Part shown: positions 42,510 through 53,341 of the stretch, one piece after another
How positions within the stretch are numbered: the stretch's first letter is position 1
How the letters are laid out: every line of letters starts with the position of its first letter
Source of the DNA: Alphaproteobacteria bacterium
GTDB lineage: Bacteria; Pseudomonadota; Alphaproteobacteria; MPNO01
Direction of reading: 5' to 3'
Length of the DNA stretch: 64,000 nt
NCBI GenBank assembly: GCA_965248835.1
Contig: CBDFLJ010000002.1
Location: 1,312,001-1,376,000, forward strand
Made by a program: the position numbers and the translations under genes
The notes under the pieces: model-generated
Told to the model about the DNA's origin: nothing
What the model saw: the letters and a program-made list of their open reading frames with translations, nothing else
Database searches by the model: none

Positions 42510-42782
42510 CTAGTTGACGGCGTCCTTCAACCCCTTTCCGGCCTTGAACTTCGGCTGCATCGACGCCGGGATCTGCATCGTCGCCCCGGTCTGCGGGTTC
42601 CGCCCCGTCGTCGCTACCCGTTTGGAGACGCTGAAGGTTCCGAATCCAACCAGGCGAACCTCTTCGCCACTTTGAAGCGCAGAGGTGATGCTGTCGATCA
42701 CCGCATCGACCGCCTTCGCCGAGTCGGACTTCGAGATTCCAGCGTTCGAAGCCACGTTTGCGACAAGATCGTTCTTGTTCAC
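42510..42782 (-). CDS. hupB: DNA-binding protein HU
   Basis: MNKNDL, GFGTF, GRNPQTG, PKFKAGKGLKDAVN. Confidence 0.97.
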   Translation of the reverse strand: MNKNDLVANVASNAGISKSDSAKAVDAVIDSITSALQSGEEVRLVGFGTFSVSKRVATTGRNPQTGATMQIPASMQPKFKAGKGLKDAVN

Positions 42783-42887
42783 GTCATGCCCCCTTTGCGA
42801 TCAGGGATAATGGGTTTGGCCCGTCACAAACACGATCGGACCGCCGAGGCTCGCCGTACGGCATCTCTACCGTGCTGCGATGGCGGG

Positions 42888-42917
42888 AGTGTAGATCGCG
42901 TCAAAATTGAGCGTCAA
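42888..42917 (-). promoter_or_regulatory. Candidate sigma70 promoter of hupB
   Basis: Minus strand TTGACG-N18-TACACT. Confidence 0.4.
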
Positions 42918-43063
42918 TCGAGCAAACCCCGGGAATCCGGGCGATTCCGGGGTATTTTGCGAATCGGCAGCCCAATTTGGCAGCCCATCCCGGCCGATGA
43001 CACCGAACAAGCCCCGAAGGGCTCATCCGATCGATCGCCGCGGAGGGGGCGCGGTACGCCGGT

Positions 43064-45478
43064 TCAGTGGGTGATCACCTCACCCACGTCGCCCTCGCCC
43101 TTGGCGCCCGGCAGATTCTCGATCTCGTCCTGGTCCCATTCGATGGGCACCGGCCGGCGGACAAGGGACTGGCCGACGACCTCATCGACCGAAGAGACGG
43201 CGATGATCGTCAGGTTACGCTTGACGTTGTCGGGGATCTCGGCGAGGTCCTTCTCGTTCTCCTTGGGGATAATGACCGTCTTGATTCCGCCGCGCAGTGC
43301 CGCCAGCAGCTTTTCCTTCAGCCCGCCGATCGGCAGCACGCGGCCGCGCAGCGTCACCTCTCCGGTCATCGCCACGTCGCGGCGCACCGGGATCCCGGCC
43401 AGTGCCGAGACGATCGAGGTGCACATCGCAACCCCGGCCGAGGGGCCGTCCTTGGGCGTGGCGCCCTCCGGCACATGGACGTGGATATCGCGCTTCTCGA
43501 AGACCGTCGGCTTGATGCCGAAGGCGGTGCTGCGTGAGCGCACGTAGCTGCGCGCGGCCTGGACGGATTCCTGCATCACGTCGCCGAGCTTGCCGGTGTG
43601 CGCGATGGCGCCCTTGCCGGGCAGGATCACCGCCTCGACCGAAAGCAGCTCGCCGCCGACCTCGGTCCAGGCCAACCCGGTGCTCACGCCGACCAGGTCT
43701 TCCTCTTCCAGCTCGCCGAAGCGGTAGCGCGGAATTCCGGCATATTTCTCGAGCGTTCGGCGGGTGATGGCCACCTTCTTGCGCGCGGTCATCTGGACAT
43801 CCTTGACCGCCTTGCGCGAGAGGTTGGCCAGCTCGCGCTCGAGGTTCCGGACCCCCGCCTCGCGGGTATAGAGGCGGATCAGCTCACGCAACGCCTCATC
43901 GGAGATCGACCATTCGGTCTTCTTCAGCCCGTGAAGCTTTAGCTGCTTGGCGATCAGGTGGCGCTTGGCGATCTCAACCTTCTCGTCCTCGGTATAGCCC
44001 GCAAGACGGATGATCTCCATCCGGTCCATCAGCGGCTGGGGCATCCGCAGCGTGTTTGCCGTGGTGATGAACAGCACGTCCGACAGGTCGTAGTCGACCT
44101 CAAGGTAATGGTCGCTGAAGGTATTGTTCTGCTCGGGATCGAGCACCTCAAGCAGCGCCGAGGACGGATCGCCGCGCCAATCGGCGCCCAGCTTGTCGAC
44201 CTCGTCCAGCAGGAACAGCGGGTTGGAGGTTTTGGCCTTTTTCATGCCCTGAATGATTTTGCCCGGCATCGAGCCGATATAGGTCCGGCGGTGGCCGCGG
44301 ATCTCCGCCTCGTCGCGTACCCCGCCCAGCGACATGCGTACGAAGCTCCGCCCCGTCGCCCGCGCGATCGACTTGCCGAGCGAGGTCTTGCCGACGCCGG
44401 GCGGGCCGACCAGGCATAGAATTGGGCCGCGGATCTTGCGTACCCGCTGCTGGACCGCGAGGTACTCGACGATTCGCTCCTTGATCTTCTCCAGCCCGTA
44501 ATGGTCCTCGTCCAGCACCTGCTGGGCACGATTGAGGTCGCGGCGGACCTTCGAGCGCTTCTGCCAGGGGATGTTGAGCAGCCAATCGAGGTAGTTTCGC
44601 ACCACCGTCGCTTCGGCCGACATCGGGCTCATCGAGCGCAGCTTCTTGAGCTCCTGCTGGGCCTTCTCGCGCGCTTCCTTGCTGAGCTTGGTGGTGTTGA
44701 TCCGCTCCTCGATCTCGCCGGCCTCGTCGCGGCCGTCCTCGGTCTCGCCGAGCTCCTTCTGGATCGCCTTGAGCTGCTCGTTGAGATAGTACTCGCGCTG
44801 GGTCTTCTCCATCTGCCGCTTGACGCGGCTGCGGATGCGCTTTTCGACCTGCAGGACGCCGATCTCGGCCTCCATGAACGAATTGGCGCGCTCCAGCCGC
44901 TCGGTCACCGAGACCGTCTCCAGAAGCTCCTGCTTCTCGGAGATCTTCAGCGCAAGATGCGAGGCGACGGTATCGGCGAGCTTGCTGGTATCCTCAATTT
45001 GATTCAGCGAAACAAGAACTTCCGGAGGAATCTTCTTGTTCAGCTTTATATACTGCTCGAATTGGCTGATCACCGACCGGGCCAAGGGCTCGAGGTCCTT
45101 GGGATCCTGAGCCTCGTCCTCGATCAGCTCCGCCTCGGCCTGGAAGAAGTCCTCCGTGCGCACGAAGCTGATGATGCGCGCCCTGCGCGAGCCCTCCACC
45201 AGCACCTTGACGGTCCCGTCGGGCAGCTTGAGGAGTTGCAGCACCGTGCCGATCGTGCCGAGCTCATGGATGTCCTCGGGATTCGGGTCGTCCTGGCTCG
45301 CGTTGCGTTGAGCGACCAGCAGAATCTGCTTGTCGTCGTTCATGACGTCCTCGAGCGCGCGCACCGACTTCTCGCGGCCGACGAACAGCGGGACGATCAT
45401 GTGCGGAAAGACGACGATGTCCCGCAGCGGGAGGACCGGGAAGACTGGCAGCGCGGTATCGGAGGGCATATCGGACAT
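43064..45478 (-). CDS. lon: ATP-dependent protease La
   Basis: [33 protein letters not shown]. Confidence 0.98.
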   Translation of the reverse strand: MSDMPSDTALPVFPVLPLRDIVVFPHMIVPLFVGREKSVRALEDVMNDDKQILLVAQRNASQDDPNPEDIHELGTIGTVLQLLKLPDGTVKVLVEGSRRARIISFVRTEDFFQAEAELIEDEAQDPKDLEPLARSVISQFEQYIKLNKKIPPEVLVSLNQIEDTSKLADTVASHLALKISEKQELLETVSVTERLERANSFMEAEIGVLQVEKRIRSRVKRQMEKTQREYYLNEQLKAIQKELGETEDGRDEAGEIEERINTTKLSKEAREKAQQELKKLRSMSPMSAEATVVRNYLDWLLNIPWQKRSKVRRDLNRAQQVLDEDHYGLEKIKERIVEYLAVQQRVRKIRGPILCLVGPPGVGKTSLGKSIARATGRSFVRMSLGGVRDEAEIRGHRRTYIGSMPGKIIQGMKKAKTSNPLFLLDEVDKLGADWRGDPSSALLEVLDPEQNNTFSDHYLEVDYDLSDVLFITTANTLRMPQPLMDRMEIIRLAGYTEDEKVEIAKRHLIAKQLKLHGLKKTEWSISDEALRELIRLYTREAGVRNLERELANLSRKAVKDVQMTARKKVAITRRTLEKYAGIPRYRFGELEEEDLVGVSTGLAWTEVGGELLSVEAVILPGKGAIAHTGKLGDVMQESVQAARSYVRSRSTAFGIKPTVFEKRDIHVHVPEGATPKDGPSAGVAMCTSIVSALAGIPVRRDVAMTGEVTLRGRVLPIGGLKEKLLAALRGGIKTVIIPKENEKDLAEIPDNVKRNLTIIAVSSVDEVVGQSLVRRPVPIEWDQDEIENLPGAKGEGDVGEVITH

Positions 45479-45543
45479 AGCCTTTTGACCTGTTACGCGG
45501 CTGCGGAGCCGATCCGGCTCCGGAACACAAGGGGCACCGGGCT

Positions 45544-45572
45544 AAAATGGCCTCAACGCCGAAAAGTTCAAG
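45544..45572 (-). promoter_or_regulatory. Candidate RpoH (sigma32) promoter of lon
   Basis: Minus strand CTTGAA-N16-CCATTTT upstream of lon, a known heat-shock gene. Confidence 0.5.
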
Positions 45573-45584
45573 CCCGCCGAGGGC

Positions 45585-46850
45585 CTAGGCTGTCGAACCG
45601 CTTTCCTCGCGCCGGTCGGCATAGATGAACAGCGGCTTGATCCTGCCCTCGACGACCTCGCCGTTGATGGCGATCTCCTCGACATCCTCGAGCCCGGGCA
45701 ATTCGAACATGGTCTCGAGCAGGATGCTTTCGAGGATCGAGCGCAAGCCGCGCGCGCCTGTCTTGCGGCCGATCGCTTTGATCGCGACCGCGCGCAGCGC
45801 ATCGTCGGTGAAGTTGAGCTTCACCTCCTCCATCTCGAACAGCCGACCATATTGCTTGATCAGGGCATTTTTCGGGATGGTCAGGATCTGGACCAGAGCA
45901 TCCTCGCTGAGGTCCTCCAGCGTGGCGATAACCGGCAGGCGGCCGACAAACTCCGGGATCAAGCCGAACTTCAGCAAGTCCTCCGGCTCGACATCGCGCA
46001 GGACCTCGCCCGTCGCCCTGTCGTCGGGGCTGCGAACATCGGCGCCGAAGCCGATCGAGGTGCCCTTGCCGCGCTCGGAGATGATCTTCTCCAACCCGGA
46101 GAAGGCGCCGCCGCATACGAACAGAATGTTTGTGGTATCGACCTGCAGGAACTCCTGCTGCGGGTGCTTGCGCCCACCTTGCGGCGGCACGGAGGCGATG
46201 GTGCCCTCCATGATCTTGAGCAGCGCCTGCTGGACGCCTTCACCCGAAACGTCCCGTGTGATCGAGGGGTTGTCGGATTTGCGCGAGATCTTGTCGACCT
46301 CGTCGATATAGACGATGCCGCGCTGGGCGCGCTCGACGTTGTAATCGGCCGATTGGAGCAGCTTGAGAATAATATTCTCGACATCCTCGCCGACATAGCC
46401 CGCTTCTGTCAGCGTCGTGGCGTCGGCCATGGTGAAGGGCACATCGAGGATCCTGGCGAGCGTCTGGGCCAGCAGAGTCTTGCCGCAGCCGGTCGGGCCG
46501 ACCAGCAGGATGTTCGACTTGGCGATCTCGATCTCGTTGTTCTTGGTGCCGTGGGACAGCCGCTTATAGTGGTTGTGAACCGCGACCGAGAGCACCCGCT
46601 TGGCATGCTCCTGGCCGATGACATAGTCGTCCAGGACGGCGCAGATCTCGCGCGGCGTCGGCACGCCGTCACGCGACTTGACCATCGTGCTCTTGGACTC
46701 CTCACGGATGATATCCATGCAGAGCTCGACGCACTCGTCGCAGATGAAGACCGTCGGACCGGCGATAAGCTTGCGCACCTCATGCTGGCTTTTGCCGCAG
46801 AAGGAGCAGTACAGGACGTTCTTTGACTCGCCGTTACCAGACTTGTTCAT
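45585..46850 (-). CDS. clpX: ATP-dependent Clp protease ATP-binding subunit
   Basis: CSFC..CDEC zinc finger, [11 protein letters not shown] loop. Confidence 0.98.
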   Translation of the reverse strand: MNKSGNGESKNVLYCSFCGKSQHEVRKLIAGPTVFICDECVELCMDIIREESKSTMVKSRDGVPTPREICAVLDDYVIGQEHAKRVLSVAVHNHYKRLSHGTKNNEIEIAKSNILLVGPTGCGKTLLAQTLARILDVPFTMADATTLTEAGYVGEDVENIILKLLQSADYNVERAQRGIVYIDEVDKISRKSDNPSITRDVSGEGVQQALLKIMEGTIASVPPQGGRKHPQQEFLQVDTTNILFVCGGAFSGLEKIISERGKGTSIGFGADVRSPDDRATGEVLRDVEPEDLLKFGLIPEFVGRLPVIATLEDLSEDALVQILTIPKNALIKQYGRLFEMEEVKLNFTDDALRAVAIKAIGRKTGARGLRSILESILLETMFELPGLEDVEEIAINGEVVEGRIKPLFIYADRREESGSTA

Positions 46851-46879
46851 AGGAACCCCGTTTTCATAGGAACCCCGTT
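46846..46879. repeat. Perfect 17-bp tandem duplication of the clpX start region
   Basis: TTCATAGGAACCCCGTT at 46846-46862 and 46863-46879. Confidence 0.95.
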
Positions 46880-47017
46880 GGAATTCGGCCCTGGCGGCAC
46901 GATGTTAGCGGAGCCGCGGGCGAGCGTCCATTGGCAATGTCCGGCGCCGGGATGGTGAAAAGCGGTCCCGCATGCCGCCGTTCGAGCGACCCGGGCCGCT
47001 GAATTTACGGTTGGGTC

Positions 47018-47668
47018 TCAGCCCTCGCCGCCCGCCGCTGCGGCCGCGGACTCCGGTGCCGGCCGGCTCTCGACAACCTCGTCGATCAAGCCGAATTCCT
47101 TGGCGTCTTCCGGCGACAGGAACTTGTCGCGGTCCATCGCCTCCTCGATCACCCCGATATCCTGGCCGGTGTGACGGACGTAGATCTGGTTGAGCCGGGA
47201 GCGCAGGGTGAGAATCTCCCGCGCATGGATCTCGATGTCCGTAGCCTGGCCCTGGAAGCCGCCGGATGGCTGGTGGACCATGATTCGGGAATGCGGCAGC
47301 GAATAGCGCTTGCCCTTCGCGCCGGCGGCCAGAAGCAGCGAGCCCATCGAGGCGGCCTGGCCGATACATACCGTCGACATCTCCGGCCGGATGTACTGCA
47401 TGGTGTCGTAGATCGCCAGCCCCGCGCTCACCAGGCCGCCGGGCGAGTTGATGTAGAAGGAGATGTCCTTGGTCGGGTTCTCCGATTCAAGATAGAGCAA
47501 CTGCGCGCACACCAGGGCGGAGACCACGTCGCTGACCGGTCCGATCAGGAAGATGATGCGCTCCTTCAGGAGACGCGAGTAGATGTCATAGGCCCGCTCG
47601 CCGCGGTTGGACTGCTCCACTACCATCGGGACGAGGGTATTCATGGTCACATCGCCGGGGTCATGCAT
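47018..47668 (-). CDS. clpP: ATP-dependent Clp protease proteolytic subunit
   Basis: [30 protein letters not shown]; start chosen at MHDPGD. Confidence 0.98.
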   Translation of the reverse strand: MHDPGDVTMNTLVPMVVEQSNRGERAYDIYSRLLKERIIFLIGPVSDVVSALVCAQLLYLESENPTKDISFYINSPGGLVSAGLAIYDTMQYIRPEMSTVCIGQAASMGSLLLAAGAKGKRYSLPHSRIMVHQPSGGFQGQATDIEIHAREILTLRSRLNQIYVRHTGQDIGVIEEAMDRDKFLSPEDAKEFGLIDEVVESRPAPESAAAAAGGEG

Positions 47669-47796
47669 ATGCGTCAATGCCCTTGTTTGGACTCATCGAT
47701 CGGACGGCCGGAGCCCGCCGACATCATCGCGCGCATTCCTTGAATCCTCATTGACGCGGGCGCTTCCCCCGTCGCTTGCGGCCGGTCCGGCGCGGT

Positions 47797-49128
47797 TTAC
47801 TCGGTTGCGTCTTCCGGTTCGGCAGTCAGTTCTTCGAGGTCAACCGAACGGTCGGTGACCTGAGCCATTTCGATGATGAAGTCAACCACCTTGTCTTCGA
47901 AGATCGGCGCCCGCAGTTCCTGGATCGCCTGCGGGTTCGACTGGAAGAACTCGAAGATCCGCGATTCCTGGCCGGGGAACCGCCGAGCCTGCTCCATCAT
48001 CGCGCGGTTGAGGTCCTCCTGGCTGACCTGGATGTTGTTGGTGCTGCCGACCTCGGACAGCAGCAGGCCAAGCCGGACTCGCCGTTCGGCGATCGCCCTG
48101 TAGCGCTCGCGCAGCGCGTCTTCGGAAAGCTCCTTGTCGTCCTCGTCAAGCTTGTCTTGTTCTTTGGCGCCCTCGATCTGCGACCAGATCGCCTCGAACT
48201 CCTGTTCGACCATGCCCGGCGGCAGCTCGAAGGAATGGCTGTCCGAGAGCGTATCCAGCAGCATGCGCTTGAGCCGGGCGCGCGAGATCTGCCCGTATTC
48301 GCGCTCGAGCTGCTCCTTGACCGCGCCCTTCAAGGCAACGAGATTCTCCATCCCCAGGCTTTCGGCGAACGCTTCGTCGATTTGGACCGGTACAGAGGCG
48401 GACACCTCTTTGACGGTGACCGCAAAGGAAGCCGCCTTGCCCTTTAGGTGCTCCGCCGGATAGTCATCGGGAAAGCTCACCTCGACGGTTTTCTCACCGC
48501 CCGGGGCGATGCCGACAAGCTGCTCGTCGAAGCCCGGAATGAACAGGCCGGCGCCGAGCTGCAGAACGAAATCTTCCGCCGAGCCGCCAGTGAACGCCTC
48601 GCCGTCGATGGAGCCGACGAAATCGATCTTGAGCTGATCGCCCTCGGTGGCCGCGCGGCCGTCCTCGACCGGTTTGAACACGGTGCGCTGTTCGGCCAGC
48701 CGCTGGATCGCCTCGGCCATTGACGCCTCGCTGGGATCGGCCACCATGCGCTCGAGGTCGAGCTTGGCGAAGTCCATCGGCTCGATCTCGGGCAACAGCT
48801 CGAGCGCTACGGTATATTCGAGATCTTCGCCATCCTCGAACTTCACCACGTCGACCTTGGGCTGCAAAGCCGGACGGATCCCCTCGTCGGTGAAGGCGTC
48901 CCGGGTCGCATCCTGGATCGTCGCCTCGAGGATCTCGCCGCGCACGGCATCGCCGAACCGTTTCTTCAGCAACCCCATGGGTACCTTGCCGGGGCGAAAC
49001 CCCGGGATGGCGACCGTCTGACCGATCTCGTTCAGCCGACCGTTCAGCTTGTCCTCTATATCGTTCGCCGGGATGTTGATCCGGTATTCGCGCTTCAGGC
49101 CGTCGGCGTGGGTCTGGGTAACTTGCAT
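47797..49128 (-). CDS. tig: Trigger factor
   Basis: GFRPGKVP ribosome-binding motif; FKBP domain FIPGFDEQL. Confidence 0.97.
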   Translation of the reverse strand: MQVTQTHADGLKREYRINIPANDIEDKLNGRLNEIGQTVAIPGFRPGKVPMGLLKKRFGDAVRGEILEATIQDATRDAFTDEGIRPALQPKVDVVKFEDGEDLEYTVALELLPEIEPMDFAKLDLERMVADPSEASMAEAIQRLAEQRTVFKPVEDGRAATEGDQLKIDFVGSIDGEAFTGGSAEDFVLQLGAGLFIPGFDEQLVGIAPGGEKTVEVSFPDDYPAEHLKGKAASFAVTVKEVSASVPVQIDEAFAESLGMENLVALKGAVKEQLEREYGQISRARLKRMLLDTLSDSHSFELPPGMVEQEFEAIWSQIEGAKEQDKLDEDDKELSEDALRERYRAIAERRVRLGLLLSEVGSTNNIQVSQEDLNRAMMEQARRFPGQESRIFEFFQSNPQAIQELRAPIFEDKVVDFIIEMAQVTDRSVDLEELTAEPEDATE

Positions 49129-49161
49129 TCGTATCTCGTCGTCTTAGCGGGCCATCGGCCC

Positions 49162-49246
49162 TGGTGCGGGCGGAGGGACTTGAACCCCCACGGCTTGCGC
49201 CACCAGATCCTAAATCTGGCGTGTCTACCATTTCCACCACGCCCGC
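49162..49246 (-). tRNA. tRNA-Leu(TAG)
   Basis: GCGGGCGTGGTGGAAATGGTAGACACGCCAGATT-TAG-GATCTGGTGGCGCAAGCCGTGGGGGTTCAAGTCCCTCCGCCCGCACCA; long variable arm. Confidence 0.97.
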
Positions 49247-49336
49247 AGCCTCGCCAGGCCCGATTCACACTGACGCGGGGATGGAGAAACCGCACCGCGA
49301 GCCTGCGCAGGGGCTCTCGGCCGGCGGCGGCGCAAC

Positions 49337-49365
49337 ATATAGTCTCCGCCCGTGCCCAGAGCAAG
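49337..49365 (-). promoter_or_regulatory. Candidate sigma70 promoter for tRNA-Leu/tig
   Basis: Minus strand CTTGCT-N17-CTATAT. Confidence 0.55.
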
Positions 49366-49400
49366 ACTGGCCCGGGCCGATCAGTGCCGATCAGCGCCGT

Positions 49401-51797
49401 TCAGTTCTGTGGCGGGCGGAAACGGCGTATGCAGGCCCGGGCCGCGGCATCGAGGATTGCATCGATGTCGATCCTGTAGGTCGCGTAGAGATCCGGGATA
49501 TCGCCGGATTGCCCGAACCGATCCACACCAAGCGGATAGATCCGGTGCCCGGCGACCGAGCCGAGCCAGGAAAGCGCAGCCGGGTGGCCGTCGAGCACGG
49601 TGACGATCGCTGCATCCGGCGACAGACCGCCCAACAGGCGCTCTATATGAGCAGCCGCCAGCGACTGTCCGGCGACGCGGGCCTGGCGCGCCGCGATCCA
49701 TTCGCCGTGCAGGCGGTCGGGCGAGGTGATCGCCAGCAGCCCTGCGCCGGGGATGTCCTCGCGGATCTGTGCGAGCGCAGCCTCGGCCTCCGGCGCAACG
49801 GCGCCCATGTAGGCAAGCGCGATCTCCGTGCCGTCGGGCGGCGCGGCGCCGCGCCAGTACGCGCCCGCGACCGCGCCTTCCCGCCACTCCTCGCCGACGG
49901 CGCGGTCGGGCTGATCGAGTACCCGAGTCGACAGCCTGAGGCAGACCGAACCGCCGTCATCGGCCTGCATATGGTGGAACCCCCATTTCATGATCTCCGC
50001 CAGCTCGTCGACAAAAGCCGGCTCGAAGGCGGCCAGGCCGGCCTGGCCGAGCGTGATCAGGGGAGTCTCCTGTGACTGATGCGCTCCGCCCTCCGGCGCC
50101 AGGGTCACGCCCGAGGGCGTGGCCACGACCATGAACCGGGCATCCTGGTAGCAGGCGTAGTGCAGCGCATCGAGCCCGCGGCGGATGAACGGGTCATAGA
50201 GCGTGCCGATCGGCAGCAGGCGGGTGCCGAAGATCGGCCCGGCGAGGCCGAAGGCGGACAGGGTGAGGAACAGGTTGTTCTCTGCGATGCCCAGTTCGAC
50301 ATGTTGGCCCTGGGGCAGCAGCGACCAGCGCTGGGGTGAAAGGACCTCCTCTTCGGCGAAGACGTCGGATGCGGCTTCGCGGTTGAAGATCCCCCGCCGA
50401 TTGACCCACGCTCCGAGATTGGTCGACACCGTCACGTCGGGTGAGCTGGTGACGATCCGGTCGGCGATTTCGGACTCGCTGCGGGCGATCTCGTTGAGGA
50501 TGCGGCCGAAACCGTCCTGGGTCGAGATCGCCGGACGCTTCGGCGGGTCCAGCGACTCCGGCACCGCGATCGCCGGCGGCGCGTGGCGGCGTCGGCCGCC
50601 GGCCGCGAACGGGACATCCCGAAGAAACTGCTCCAGCACCGCGGCGTCGACATCGAGCCCGGCAAAACGCGACCATTCCTCGTCCTCGCCGATCGCCATC
50701 TCCGCGCGGAAGATGTCCATCTGCTCCGGCGTCATCAGCCCGGCGTGGTTGTCCTTGTGCCCGGCGAACGGCAGACCGAACCCCTTGGTGGTGTAGCAGA
50801 TGAAGCAGGTCGGCCGGTCGTCGGTGACCGCACCGAACGCGGACCGCAGCGCATCCAGGTCGTTGCCGGCAAGGTTGGTCATCAGCGCATGGAGCGCCGC
50901 ATCATCCAGGGATTCGATCAGCCCGTGAACCTCAGGGTCGCCGCCGATGTCGCGGACCAGGCGCTCGCGCCAGCCCGCACCGCCCTTGAAGGTCAGCGCG
51001 GAGTAGAGTGAGTTCGGACAATGGTCGATCCAACGCTTGAGCGCCTCGCCGCCGGGCTCGGCGAAGGCCCGTTCCAGGGCGGTGCCGTATTTCAGCGCCT
51101 CGACCCGCCAGCCCACCGATCGGAACAGCGCGTCGATCCGGCCGAACAGGCGGTCGGAGACCACCGAATCGAGGCTCTGCCGATTGTAATCGACGATCCA
51201 CCAGATGTTGCGGATATCGTGCTTCCAGCTTTCCAGCAGGGCCTCGAAAATATTGCCCTCGTCGAGCTCGGCATCGCCCACCAGCGCGATCATCCGGCCG
51301 CACCGGTCGTCGTCGAGCAGGCCCTTCAGCGCCAGATAGTCCTGCACCAGGGCCGCGAAGACGGTCTGCGCCGCACCAAGACCGACCGAGCCGGTCGAGA
51401 AATCGACGTCGTCGTCGTCCTTGCTCCGCGAGGGATAAGCCTGCGCCCCGCCCAGGCTGCGGAACCGCTCCAGCCGCTCCCTGCTCTCGTTGCCCAGCAG
51501 GTACTGGATGGCATGGAACAGGGGCGCGGCGTGCGGCTTGACCGCCACCCGGTCTTCGGGTCGCAGGATGTCGAAATAGAGCGCCGTCATGATCGAGGCC
51601 ATCGAGGCGCAAGACGCCTGGTGGCCGCCCACCTTCAGGCCGTCACGCCTGGGCCGAATGTGGTTGGCATGATGGATCATCCACGAAGATAGCCACAGCA
51701 CTTTGCGTTCGAGCGCGGCCAGGCAGGCACGGTGATGCGCCTCCGTATCGGCCTCGATCGGGCCAGGATCGGCAATGTCGTGGACGTTCGATGCCAT
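49401..51797 (-). CDS. Homodimeric-type 2-oxoacid dehydrogenase E1-like / transketolase-fold TPP enzyme (AceE/MdeB-like)
   Basis: KVGGHQASCAS, FSTGSVGLG, TPP motif GDAELDEGN..NRQSLD, ELGIAE, EGGAHQS; start chosen at MASNVHD. Confidence 0.88.
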   Translation of the reverse strand: MASNVHDIADPGPIEADTEAHHRACLAALERKVLWLSSWMIHHANHIRPRRDGLKVGGHQASCASMASIMTALYFDILRPEDRVAVKPHAAPLFHAIQYLLGNESRERLERFRSLGGAQAYPSRSKDDDDVDFSTGSVGLGAAQTVFAALVQDYLALKGLLDDDRCGRMIALVGDAELDEGNIFEALLESWKHDIRNIWWIVDYNRQSLDSVVSDRLFGRIDALFRSVGWRVEALKYGTALERAFAEPGGEALKRWIDHCPNSLYSALTFKGGAGWRERLVRDIGGDPEVHGLIESLDDAALHALMTNLAGNDLDALRSAFGAVTDDRPTCFICYTTKGFGLPFAGHKDNHAGLMTPEQMDIFRAEMAIGEDEEWSRFAGLDVDAAVLEQFLRDVPFAAGGRRRHAPPAIAVPESLDPPKRPAISTQDGFGRILNEIARSESEIADRIVTSSPDVTVSTNLGAWVNRRGIFNREAASDVFAEEEVLSPQRWSLLPQGQHVELGIAENNLFLTLSAFGLAGPIFGTRLLPIGTLYDPFIRRGLDALHYACYQDARFMVVATPSGVTLAPEGGAHQSQETPLITLGQAGLAAFEPAFVDELAEIMKWGFHHMQADDGGSVCLRLSTRVLDQPDRAVGEEWREGAVAGAYWRGAAPPDGTEIALAYMGAVAPEAEAALAQIREDIPGAGLLAITSPDRLHGEWIAARQARVAGQSLAAAHIERLLGGLSPDAAIVTVLDGHPAALSWLGSVAGHRIYPLGVDRFGQSGDIPDLYATYRIDIDAILDAAARACIRRFRPPQN

Positions 51798-51933
51798 GGG
51801 TCCATCCCGAGACGGGCGCGCTATGGAAATCATACGAACGTGAACGAAGATTTATCTTGCCATTTTGCGCTCGCTCTCCACAATTTTAGCAATGATCGTT
51901 CAAAATTTGATAACTTTTGGAGTGTTTCTGCCA
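51798..51933. promoter_or_regulatory. AT-rich divergent control region between the E1-like gene and lrp
   Basis: Conspicuously AT-rich (CAAAATTTGATAACTTTTG) in a GC-rich window; typical of an Lrp-bound region. Confidence 0.5.
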
Positions 51934-52434
51934 ATGACCCGCCCAGACGATATCGACCGGAGAATTCTGGCCACGCTTCAGGTCAACGCGCGGATCTCCA
52001 ATGCGGAGCTTGCCGAGAGGGTGGGGCTGTCGCCCTCGCCCTGCCTGCGCCGGGTCCGCGCCATGGAGGACACCGGCGTGATCAAGCGCTACGCGACGCT
52101 GTTGGAGCCCGCCACGCTCGGCCTGCCGATCTCGGTCTTCGTGCAGGTCAGCCTCGAACGCCAGGTCGAACACGCCCTGGACACCTTCGAGAAAGCAATG
52201 CTGAACCGTCCCGAGGTGATGGAATGCTATCTGATGACCGGTGATGCGGACTATCTGCTGCGCGTGGTGGTCTCGGATCTGACGGCCTATGAGCGTTTCC
52301 TGAAGGACCACCTCACCCGGGTTCCCGACGTCGCCTCGATCAAGTCGAGCTTCGCATTGAACCAGGTCAAGTACTCGACCGCCTTGCCGCTCGACCCGGA
52401 GCCTGCCGCCGCCGCCGGCGCATCGGACACATAG
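51934..52434 (+). CDS. Lrp/AsnC-family transcriptional regulator
   Basis: [40 protein letters not shown]. Confidence 0.95.
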   Translation: MTRPDDIDRRILATLQVNARISNAELAERVGLSPSPCLRRVRAMEDTGVIKRYATLLEPATLGLPISVFVQVSLERQVEHALDTFEKAMLNRPEVMECYLMTGDADYLLRVVVSDLTAYERFLKDHLTRVPDVASIKSSFALNQVKYSTALPLDPEPAAAAGASDT

Positions 52435-52457
52435 AGCATGTTCGAAGTGGGCGCGCC

Positions 52458-53246
52458 TTAGGCGGCCTTCTCGGCCAGGGTGTAGTCGAAGGGGATCGGC
52501 TCGATATCACCGGCGAAAATCTCTTCGATCCGGCGCTCGGAAACCGGTTCGCCAAACTGGCCGTTGCGCATTTGGACGCGGTAGCGTAGCTGGCTTACGA
52601 CCAGTTCCCGGGCGAGCGCCCAGTCGGTCTGTTCGGGCGGCAGTCCGCCGAAGCCGGTGACACCCTTGAGCATGTGGCCGACCTCGTCGTCATAGACCCG
52701 CTGGCAGGCCGCGGCGATCCGGTCGTCGGTCCCGCCGTGACCGGCAAGCTTCGCACCCTCCGAATAGAGCGTGCAGTAACCGCCCTCGGTGAAGCTCAGC
52801 GCAGCCTGGCCCAGTGCGCCATGGGTTTGGCGCATCCGGTGGCGGTAGTCGTCGAGCGCTTTGCCCTCGGTCCAGTTCTCCAGCATGTTGGGCGTAAGCT
52901 TCGGATCGCCGGGCGCGCCGAGGCTGTCGTAGATGTCGGCGAACAGGCAATAGTGGTGGTATTCGGTATAGAGCGTCTCGACCAGGTCGAGCAGTTCGTG
53001 CCGATCCAGCCCGCGGTCGAGTTCCGCCCGTTGAGCGATCATCTGCTGGCCCAGTTCGACTATATGGCCGTGCTCGGGCTCGCCGAAGCCGGAGCCGAAG
53101 AACTCCTTGAAGCACTGGCGCTTGAGCCAGACGCGGTCGGTCTCGGCAGTACGCCCGGGTGCGTTGAAGTAGGTCCGCACCACCTCGGCCTCGCCGGCCC
53201 AGAGCGGCGCGCTGGCTTCGATAAGGTCCCTGAGGTGATCGTTCAT
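52458..53246 (-). CDS. Hypothetical protein, ferritin-like diiron candidate
   Basis: RBS (AGGGAGG); ligand-like pattern E48 / E95xxH98 / E154 / E188xxH191. Confidence 0.65.
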   Translation of the reverse strand: MNDHLRDLIEASAPLWAGEAEVVRTYFNAPGRTAETDRVWLKRQCFKEFFGSGFGEPEHGHIVELGQQMIAQRAELDRGLDRHELLDLVETLYTEYHHYCLFADIYDSLGAPGDPKLTPNMLENWTEGKALDDYRHRMRQTHGALGQAALSFTEGGYCTLYSEGAKLAGHGGTDDRIAAACQRVYDDEVGHMLKGVTGFGGLPPEQTDWALARELVVSQLRYRVQMRNGQFGEPVSERRIEEIFAGDIEPIPFDYTLAEKAA

Positions 53247-53341
53247 CGGCCCGGCCTCCCTTTGTCCGCACCCAGTCTACTCTCAACGGCGCCTCGCCTT
53301 AAACTGTCGGGCCGCGCCGCAATTCACGGAGGCCACGGAAC

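Noticed and set aside
42881-42891. 11-bp match (TGGCGGGAGTG) to the tRNA-Asp 3' end, a possible att site
   Set aside because: It lies upstream of the tRNA, overlaps the hupB promoter candidate and would bracket only core genes. No integrase is present, so it is probably chance.
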